Part shown: one piece after another, positions 12,401 to 22,800 of the stretch
Layout: every line of letters starts with the position of its first letter
Numbering within the stretch: the stretch's first letter is position 1
Origin: Antedon mediterranea
Taxonomy: Eukaryota > Animalia > Echinodermata
Assembly (NCBI RefSeq): GCF_964355755.1
Contig: NC_092672.1
Location: forward strand, 22,023,237-22,087,236
Reading direction: 5' to 3'
DNA: 64,000 nt
Made by a program: the position numbers and the translations under genes
The notes under the pieces: model-generated
What the model saw: only the letters and a program-made list of their open reading frames with translations
Told to the model about the DNA's origin: nothing
Database searches by the model: none

Positions 12401-13740
12401 ATATTTAATATGAGACAGGATGCTGCTATTCAGATTGGTAAAAACTTTTTTTTTCTAATAAAATTTTTACATTTTTCCAGAAAAATTTCCAATTTATGAT
12501 CACTATAAATTAACCTAATATCATTAGGTGGTAACCTGCCAGACTTTGAGAAGACAATTTTGCAAGCAGCATCAAAGCGAAGTTCATGTACACAAAAAAT
12601 CAGTTCTGTAAATGAGGAGCTTGATGAACTGAGAAATACACTCTCTCTGTCACTAGTGAAACACAATGATGCTAACGAAATTTCTGAAATCACCAACAAA
12701 ATATATCTGAAAGAACAGAGTGTTAAAGACTTGGTTAGTTAATTTTATTTGTTTAGTTTACTACACTATTCAATTAGAAATAATCACTAAAAGCAAAATA
12801 TGTATTTGTGTTTCAGCAATCTACTATGAATGAAGAAATCAAATATGCAACCGGACCATTATGTACAGAAATGGACAACATTTTAACAGCAAACAAAATA
12901 CCCCGACAACAATATCACGGGAAAAGTTTTGTTGGCAATCATGTGTATAGAGCATGCAAAGTAAGTACTAAAATGGTCAAAGTCTCTTAATTAAAGAAAT
13001 TATAAATATCTAATTGCAAATTAAATTGACATACAGATGAATAACTCTCTTGCATACGCATTGCCCAACACTAAAAAATACCATTCTTTTCTCAGTTTAA
13101 CATTATAGACAAGTTAATGGATGGATTGGAAATTGTATTGAAGCAACAGATGCATCATTGCAAAGACAAACACACAACCATTCTAGCGACAAAACTGTCG
13201 AAGATAAGACAGTCATTTACGCCACCATTTAAACTGTTTAGTCAAGTTCATGCATGCATCAACCATACACGATTCATTGATGATCCTGAAATTGATGCAT
13301 ATGGTAAGTCCAAAATAAAATTTCTTTGCAAAATCATGTTTAAAATAATGAAAAGGGGCATTGCAACCATCAAGAATAACAGATATACATAAGAATAACT
13401 CTTAATAATTTTTAATTTCTTCAATATAGAACATGCAATAAAGTCATTCTCTGTAGAGTACAGAAAGATTGCCCCTGGTGTGGTACAGCCGAAACTCCAC
13501 ATGTTGGAGCATCACTCTGTACCATTTATGCGTCGATGGAAGGTGGGCATCGGCCTACTTGCAGAACAAGGTGGAGAATTAATCCACTCAGAGTTCAACA
13601 GACGGAAAAGGGCCGTTCATGGTATTAGAAATAATCTTGATCAGCTAATGTCTATAATGAAATCCCATCTGACATTTACCTCTCCAGAAATACAGCAGGT
13701 ACAAATACCAATCAAGAAATCCAGAAAATCAGAAGACTGA
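9496..13740 (+). CDS. RAG1-like / Chapaev-type DDE transposase (CND/Chapa - RING - ZFA - DDBD - RNase H DDE core), ~896 aa, 11 coding exons, intact
   Basis: Exons 9496-10311, 10433-10575, 10804-11013, 11137-11388, 11538-11614, 11697-11893, 12311-12437, 12528-12733, 12817-12960, 13096-13303, 13430-13740. All introns are GT-AG and phase-compatible; total 2691 nt with no internal stop. Motifs: H-x7-CxxCG (HEKALSSICFCCG), PKALCSTC and HSENHCVTC (Chapa/CND); CNIC..TPCSHFFCTFC..CFIC (RING); LKCRICKEEL..GHSC (ZFA); CLAIMNACKINWSQQRVLRR (cf. RAG1 [20 protein letters not shown]); GGDKGG (D1); KPNAL; FGDYDFL (D2); CIYC; PALHISLG (cf. DALHCDIG); FVGNH; KLHMLEHH; AEQGGELIH (E). ATCATGG start context; AATAAA at 13740-13745. 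Confidence 0.92.
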
Positions 13741-14384
13741 ATAAAGAATGAAAACAAGGGGATTTGTAAAATATTGTACATACATATGTGATTAAACAAG
13801 AAAATAAAATTTACCTCAGGGCTTTAATTTGATGATCTGGTATACACGCTCTTCATACTTGGTACTGTTGGATTCAATTTGACTTCCTCTTTCACAAGTT
13901 CAGTTTCAAAACCCAAATGTGAAGAACAATTTAAAAAAAAACATTTAAAAACAAATTATACTACAGTATTTTATTCCAAATTTTCAATGTTATAGTTTGC
14001 CGTACTGTATGATGTAAGACAAAAAATGTGTTGATTATTATTAAAATCAATATTTTTCATTTTTGCAATTAAATAGCCATTTAAAAAAAAGGACAGAATT
14101 GGTTATGGTTTTATATATTAGTATACTTAAATTTAATGTGTGCTGTAAAACAATAAAGTGTTTTTTAATAGAAAAAATGACTTACCAAACACCAATTGTT
14201 TTTCACATTTCTAACAATAGCATACAATTTCTTCGTTTTCCAGTACTACTAGGGCCTAGGCCTGAACAAAAATAGTTATATTGTATCATTATGTATTATG
14301 AATATATATGGACTGGTACATGGAATGTGAATATAATGTTACTACAGTGTAAATAAATTTGTTGTTGCATGGTTAATAAATGTT

Positions 14385-14702
14385 TCACTAGGCTAGCCTA
14401 CTACTACTACTACTACTACCGTAGTTTACTAACTAGGCCTCCAAGCTTAGCCAGTAGTAGAATTAGGCCTAGAATGTAATCTCATCAAAATTTATTGTTT
14501 GTATGTGACTTGTAATTGTATTGTAAAATATAAAAATCCTTTACATCCACGACCAGTTAAACTATTCTCTCTACTCACTAAAACTAGGCCTACTACTAGT
14601 AGGCCTAGCCAAAGCTACACCGGGTAGGCCTAGTACTAGTAGTACTACTACTACAACAGTAGTAGAGTAGTACTACCCGGGGGCCTATTTAGACTAGGCC
14701 TA
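14385..14702. repeat. Low-complexity TAGGCCTA / (TAC)n / (TAG)n-rich block
   Basis: At least seven AGGCCT/TAGGCC palindromic words interleaved with CTA/TAG runs; a similar cluster lies at 9248-9460. Confidence 0.7.
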
Positions 14703-16100
14703 ATTTAATAATTTAAGAAATAAAGATTTATTATCAATTATTATTGTTTAAAAATCAGTAGTAAACATTTTGTGTAACATAAATATAGTTTAAATTACTA
14801 TAGACTATAGTACTATGCATATTCTTAGTGGCATTACTCCCTAAGGTTGGAGTGACCCACTCATACCCACAAACATTTCAGTGAACAAAAAATGTATAAT
14901 TTTCCATGAGCCTTCGTTGTACAGCAGCAGCCGACAAACATACACACTAATCAAACAATTGTCATCTATATACACCCCATTCGGCAAAATATTTACCATA
15001 GAGAAAGTATCGTTTTGACCATTATTCAATGATATATATGATGGTAATTATACTTGGCCTCTATGTTGACAGCCAAAACACAGTTATTGTTTATTGAACA
15101 TAGGTCTTACAAACTAATGTCTGCATACTGTACATATCTCAAAGACCCTCTGTGCACATGCCCAGTTTGAGTTTACAAATTCCCATTTAGACTTTCTTAC
15201 CAGACGTGCTTTGGGGTGTGCTCATGACCAGTTTGTGTTTCTAAATACCCATTTTTTCAGCCTCAGTGATCTATTATAAGCTTCTGCATGGCTAATGCTT
15301 CCGTTCTCTTGAATGTAACTGACTAAAGGACTGGTGCGAAAATTATTGTTTACTTTTGAAAATTAACTTTTTTATTTATTTTATTTACTGAAGTATAAAA
15401 AATGTTGATGGGATAAGCAATGATTATGGAACATACAGCACTTTATTTGTTTATTGGTATACTCCTGGTGAGCATGGTCTACTATGAAAGTTTTAGCCTC
15501 AGTGAATATTATTCACATCCTATACACAATATATTGAACTTTTTGTCTTGAATGTTCATCAAAATAAAATATTAATATCAGATTATTTATTTTTGTTTTA
15601 AATTAGTTATATAGGATTTATATAATTTTTTATTACATAATTGTTAGTTGCATTAAATTTGTTTGAAATGTCAGTATGTATACATATGAATAAATAATGT
15701 TTATTATTTCTTTTATAATTATTGTATAATGTCTTATTTCCAGTGATTGTTTTTGTTATATCCTTGAAATAAAAAGAATATAATATTTTTTTTTGGTGTA
15801 AATTTTAATCATTTTAATAAGTCAATTCAATAAATATAAAACACAAATAATAAAGATGTTATAAAATCTATTAAAATGTATAAATTTTAATATTTTTTAC
15901 ATTGATATGATTTGTTTGGCATCAGCCAAACCTTCACCCACTTTAAAGACAGCCTTGAGCTATCCAGGGAGGTATGAAAATGGTCATGGTATTTCTAAAA
16001 ACTGTCCATTTGATCTAACAAATTTAAAAAATGAAAACATGTTTATACATATATCTGTTATGTGGTTCAAAAAGATGTCTAAAATTAACTTGTTTATCTA

Positions 16101-16205
16101 TTTTAGTCGTGTGCAACGTGACTCTACAGCTCACTATGTTGGTCAGTCGGTGAACACTAACTCAAATTTGCGCACACGACTGCAGCCATGTATATGGCCT
16201 TGTTT
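16101..16205 (+). mobile_element. Short Helentron/DINE-like interspersed element (copy 1)
   Basis: TTTTAGTCG..GTCGGT..GACTGCAGCCATGTATATGGCCTTGTT, with a second copy at ~23534-23652 carrying a (GGTC)n microsatellite. Confidence 0.5.
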
Positions 16206-16898
16206 TTTTATCAGATTAAACTCAACATTAATATTGTTACAATCAATATTTAGACTAATGTGTGTACGTCAAACCTCTTAAAACGGACAATGTTTTGTTG
16301 GTACACTAACAAATCTTTCTTTAGAATAGTGCAGGCCATTATCTCTGATAATATAAAATAATAGATTTGCATTACATACAAAATAATATTCCATGTGCAA
16401 GGCTTCCAATTGAAATGAAAGTACCAAAGCAATCGACAAAATAGCATATGCTACACTCACAATAATTTGTACTAGCTAATGCCACCATCACACCATAGAG
16501 CAATGAACTATTTCTTTGCTCTATGATCGCACAAAGGATAATTTAAATATATTAACGTTTTAAACATGCCCCTGAAAGTAAAAGTTTGTACACCAAACCA
16601 ATCCAGTAATTTAATATTTAAACAATATTAAATTTAAAAAAGTTAAATAATTTAAATACCATGCAACAACATTTTTATGTAAAAACTGGAATAATAATAA
16701 AAATGTATACAAAAGTAGAAATAAAATTTAAAAAAGCTAATTTGATAGTATTTGTGTGCATTGCGTATATGATCACACAGCAAATACAAGTTACAAATTG
16801 AATTTGAAAATTGACACTTAATGGATGTATAATTATACAAAATATTAATTAACCAATAAATATGTAAAAGATGTAACTTGTATGATTTTATATTTTAG

Positions 16899-19800
16899 TT
16901 TGGAAGCTCAGCTTTACATTTGGCAGCTAGGACAGGTGACTCAGCCTGCTGTAACCTGCTGGTTGATGCAGGGTCAGACATCAATATCCAAGACAGAGTA
17001 AGTTATACATTCTTTCATAGTCATATTTTTTGATATTTTGTATTTTAAATATAATGATCTTTTGAGTAATAATATCTGCATGTTATAATGCTATTTAATG
17101 TTTTTATTTAACTGTATTGATGCTAGAATTGGCATTATTTGAAGTTTTTTAATATATTTTTTTCTCTGATATTTAGTCATAAAAATTGCTATGACACTAT
17201 ACATTTTGTCATGTTTAAACATTTCCATTGAACTCTTTATAAAACAATGAAAACTACAGCAACATACTATTGAAATATAATCCTTATTCCAAAGTGTAGA
17301 TATACAGTAATTAAGTCAGAATTATGTACACTTCTATTACACAAAATTTCAATTTTTTTTAGTTCATTTTCACAAAACTGTTTAATAACTTTTGAAACAC
17401 TATGATTCTACCTATATATCACATAGAGGTACAAATGATCAAAGATGCTAGTTGATAGACATATAGACTGTATTCATTTATTTTATAATTATCATCATAC
17501 TCATTTGCCATACTCTCCTTTATTCCTTTCAACAACATCACCACCAACTCCAACCACCTCCTGGTTATAGTCACCACCACCAATTCCAAGAATGATGATG
17601 CAGAATTTGGTTGAGAGCTAAAGTGATCTTTTAATACACACCACAATTATAGTTCTTTGTTATTAGGTTGTAATTATTTTTTCCATATACAATATAAGAT
17701 ACAGATAGTATATCTGCCACATTTATTCTTTATACTCAGGATTAACAAACATAAATAAAACTGAAATAGCGGCACAAATATAATTTTGTAAGTTATTTAC
17801 CGTACCTAGTAGTAGTTTTTAACAAATCACCTTACATAATAATTACAGTATCAAACCACCATTACAACATCATTCAAAATGTAAAAATAAACAAATCATC
17901 ATTAGCATAACTAGGTGATGATTTGGAATATTTTTAGTCTATTCAAAAAATGTTTATTTCTTAAAATTTATTTAGATATACATACACACATAGTAAATTA
18001 TAGTAAACAAAAAATAAATGGAAATTGTTTAACACTAAACAACCTACATTAGAGGTGAAATACCACTAAGAAACACAAGAAAGCTGAACTTAGACTTAAA
18101 TGTTCTACACAACTGTAACAAGTTCAGAGTGTATCCAACATTTAACATTATGACATATTTTAGACCACTGACAATGGTGATCACCAGTGCTTCGCAAAGT
18201 CTGCAGTTGCACTTTATATCATGTTTTATTCATTCATATTTATCTCCATCATCCAACTTTATCAAACAAAACTTTTTTGAGGATAAACATACAGTAGCTA
18301 TATGTAAGGTTCAACTTTAATAATTTTAAAAAGTTTAACATTTTCCAACATTAATGTTAAAAGATTACTTTTAAAAGAACTTATATTATAATTTCAATTT
18401 TCAGTACAAGCTATTTAACAATTTAAAAAAAATATATGCCAAGTTATTGTAGCATAACTTTATATTTTAATCAATGGATGTAAATGACTTTGCATTATAT
18501 AAATGTATTACAATTGTTTATAAACTCTTCATTGTTGTAGATTCGTTTTCAGCACAACCTTTTTTTAAAACTAATATTGACCTTGGTTCATCCTTGTTTC
18601 AGTTGATGGTCCTACCTTTTCATTAGAATTACATTCATGTTCACAGAGTAAATTAAGATTTATCTCCTTTAAAATTAAATTCAATAAAACTATATCCCAT
18701 AACAATTTTCCTATGAATAAATAGATGGAATTATTCTTAGTTTATTGATTTGATTCAGACCAATTTCATACACATTTAGCAATATTTTTTTCATTTTTTA
18801 ACTAATAATATGCATAGAAAATGTTTATTTTACAACTACAATACCTCATTAAGTAATTCATTTATTTACTTTTTTATGGCTTTAACTAGTTGAATTCTCT
18901 CATGGTACCAATATAAAATCTTAATTGGCAATAAATTTCTATTGAGCATACATTCTAATAATTTATGTTTCATAATTTTTTGGATTTTATTGTGTTACAA
19001 TAAAGGAAAAATAAACGGTGTGGGAAAAAACATTATCAGATGACTATTGTGCTATTTATCTTCCCATTTCCACCCTTTAAGACAGAATAGTCCAACTTCC
19101 CTTCCCCTGTAGTAGAGCACCGTATCAAGAATGTTAAATAACAGACAAGAGACATAAAATTGCTTGTCTACATACACTTTATTCACAGTACACATATGGC
19201 TGAATGCATATAACAACATTACTATAAGCCCAACAATTGGGAAACCTTAAACATGTGGCTTACCTTTCATCGGTCATGCTTTTTAACAACCTACCTTAAA
19301 CCCCTGCGTTAGCGGCTAAGGTAACACCAACCCAGCGAATGCTATGCAGTCCAAATAGATACTTATTGTACCCACATCTTCGTAAAATATCCTTTAACAG
19401 CACGTCAGCGTGAATAGGACATCTTTCTAGCATGTGGCTACTAGTTGATTTCACTGACTAAATAGTGCTAATGTGGTTCCATGCCTTCTACTCTCTATAT
19501 CAGCATGTATAAAGACCCAGGTATCTGTGTCCAACAATAATGTCCAACCACCAATAGTTCTTGATAGTTCAAACACTGAATTATTTAATATTTTAAATAA
19601 ACTAAAATTTACACTACTGTATGTAGTGTTTTTGTAAAAAAATTTATAAAATATGCACTAAATGTTGATTTTCCTTTTACCTAAACCTTGTATTATTTTA
19701 GGTAAATACAGAATTTCATTTACAGTATTGTGGTACAAAACTATGGAACAATCAAGTCCTTCTGTTTCTGAATTATTTCTTGTAATGTTAAATCTTTGAT

Positions 19801-22800
19801 TAGTTTTACACCTTTTCACCTTCTGTCAATTATTTAAGAATTACTGACATTCAGTGATTGAAGTTTCTCCTTCATCTAATGTTCAAGCAGTATTGTTATA
19901 ATGTTTTTTTATTGAGAATTGTCCTATAATTTCACACATAAATTAATTATTCCCTGAGATTTGAAATCAAAATAAAATGTACATTGACTTATTTAATAAT
20001 TGCCCTGATTTAATGCACAACTATTAATTTAGATTGTATACTGGCTTTTTCTTTTTATCCAAATGTACATATGAAATACATAAGCACTCATTTTGAGGGC
20101 TTGTGATGAGTTGAAAATCAAATAACAATATTATCAAGTTAAAGTTCAAAACAATTTTTGTTGTAATGGTCAAATGAATACAAAACAGAAAATATATTTA
20201 GGTTACATTAATTTCTTTAAAGTAGCATGAAAACATAAAATAAATTACATGAATAAAGGTAATAACTATACAGGAACCAAAACTTAAAATAAATAAATAA
20301 AATCAACAGAAATATAGACAATAGCATATTATTTTATCAGAAAAGTAGTTGGAGAGGTAATGATTTTCAATTATAATATAAAAGTTTTTCTGATTAGAAA
20401 CAATGGTTAAATCAAGACTATTCCACTTATATTTGGGGTAAAACAATATTTTTTGTTTAAAATAATTGCCAAACTCTGCAATCCTCAAAAAAACATAGCA
20501 AACCTCATTTAACCAACATAAAAGTGATAGAATCAGTAGTGTACAACTCACTTGGTTTGTCAATTAACAAATTTAAATATATTTTTGTTAAATACTTAAT
20601 TTTGTGGTTAAGCATCATTTTTTGGTTTAAAAACAATATTGTTAAACCTTCACCGCCCCAAACAATGTTACAGTAATGTATAAGCAAAACATTTTATTTT
20701 AATTTCTTTAGAATACTAATATATTTAGATATTTTATTTGAGAAAAATTGTTGGCAGCCAATAATCTAATTAAAAGACCAAGGAATGATACTTCACTTTG
20801 TTCAATTAATTTTCCATTAAAAAATATAACAATTGTTGTGTGTAAGTTCACTAATACAATTAGTTTTAGTCGTATTAATTATTAATAATTAGTTTGTAGT
20901 GAACCATTTACTAACTTACTTAACTTTAAATTTAAAAACAAGACAATATTGTTATTAAAATGTAAAGTTGTATTATCTGCATAAAAAAATTTGTCTGAAC
21001 AATTTACTAATTATTAATTTGAAATAATGATTTCGATCTGTAAAATATCTTTTAAACCAATCTAAGAAAGGCTCCAAAATACCATAACGAAACCACTTGA
21101 AAATATCATGGTTAACAACATCAAAAGTTTTTGATAAATCTAGGAAGGTACTTTCAAAAGCAGTATTAACAGAATTAGTGAGTTCAAGAAAAGCATGACA
21201 AGTGGTATTGTATGCATATATTTTTCATTATTTTTTTGAAAAAATGGGTAAAATTAAGATTGGTATAAAAGTATCCGTTTTTAAATACAGGATTTACATT
21301 TAATATGATTATGTACAGAACGCATCATGAATGATTGATTAATGGCGTATGTGAGATGGCTTATAATTAATGGAGCAACCTTTTTAAGAACCATGCTCTG
21401 AACCTTTACTAGAATTCAAATTATTAATTATATTAAGCACTTCTGTTTCAGATATAAATGGGAGGTGGTAATTAAGAGATTAGGTCTTTGCCATTTTAGA
21501 ATATATAGAATTACAGAGTTTTACCAATGTGGCTATACTTTTTATATCTTGAAATATTTGAACTTTTATGAATTTTTAAAAGTTTATGCTAATGTTTACT
21601 AAATTTATTTAGGTGGGGTGTGTAGAGGGTGTCATCAATAGTTGTTTTAGTGTTTTGGGTTTTTTTTAACTTCAAAAAGTATATTAAAAATGTATCCAAC
21701 ATTAGGATTAACTGTACAGTTTAGACGAATCAGTTTGAGAAAGATCAAAGCAAAATGCACCTATATCTGTAATTCAGTATCAATGGTCAAGAACGTCAAC
21801 CTTATTGAAAGTTAATCATAATCAATTAATTTTGAAATAGGTAAATGATCAGAGATGTCTGAATTGTAATACCTGATAAAATATCAAAATTTGTAGGCCT
21901 ATAGAGTATCATGGTGTGACGTCACAATGATAGAGGCCGCTGCATGGTTGCTAGCCAAACAAAAAATGCGTTCAACGCTACTTTGTTGATTAACTGTAAA
22001 GATCTGTATTTTCTATTATTTTTGAAATAGGTAAATGATCAGAGATGTCTGAATTGTAATACCCAATAAAATATCAAAATTGGTAGGCCTATGGTTTGTG
22101 TAAAAATAATCAATAAGTTCTGCATTTTTTTTTTTGTAATTGTCATCAGTCGTAGGAAAAAACGTACAATAGTTGATAAGATGATATAAAATAATTATTA
22201 ATTAGATTATGCTTATTATTAATTTGATTAAAACAATGTTGAATTCTCCCACAATATTACAAAATCTTCATGATTTAAATCTTGAAATCAATTAATTTAT
22301 AATAACAGCAAAATGTTCTATGTTATTAGATTTCAGTTGACTTTAAATTTAAGCCAATTATAGAATTCTTTTTTTGTTTTATTGATTTATAAAAAGCGAA
22401 TCACATATAGCTCTTTTGTCAATAAATAATAACTATCACATTTTGTAATAAAAAAAAACAATAATTGTGTTCTAGAATGTTCATAACATTTTTATTTAAA
22501 TACATTATGCGTATGACAAAGATGGTGATTTGTTTGTAAGGATTTCTGAATCAAATAAATATTATGCAGAGCTATTCAAGTATGTCTTCACTCGTAGAAA
22601 AAAAATAGTGATTTCACTTATAAAATGACAAATAAATGGTTAATTCAACCAAAAACCCATTGCCAATTTGAACATATTTTCATTAAAACATTTAATTTGA
22701 AATTTTTTCAGGTAAATACATTTTTTTACATCAAATTTTTTGTTAAAATGGATAACTATTATGTTACATTAAAATGGCACATTCAACAAAAATGTTGTTA

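Noticed and set aside
13741-16800. RAG2-like gene convergent to the RAG1-like gene
   Set aside because: No ORF or exon chain with kelch or PHD motifs is visible on either strand.
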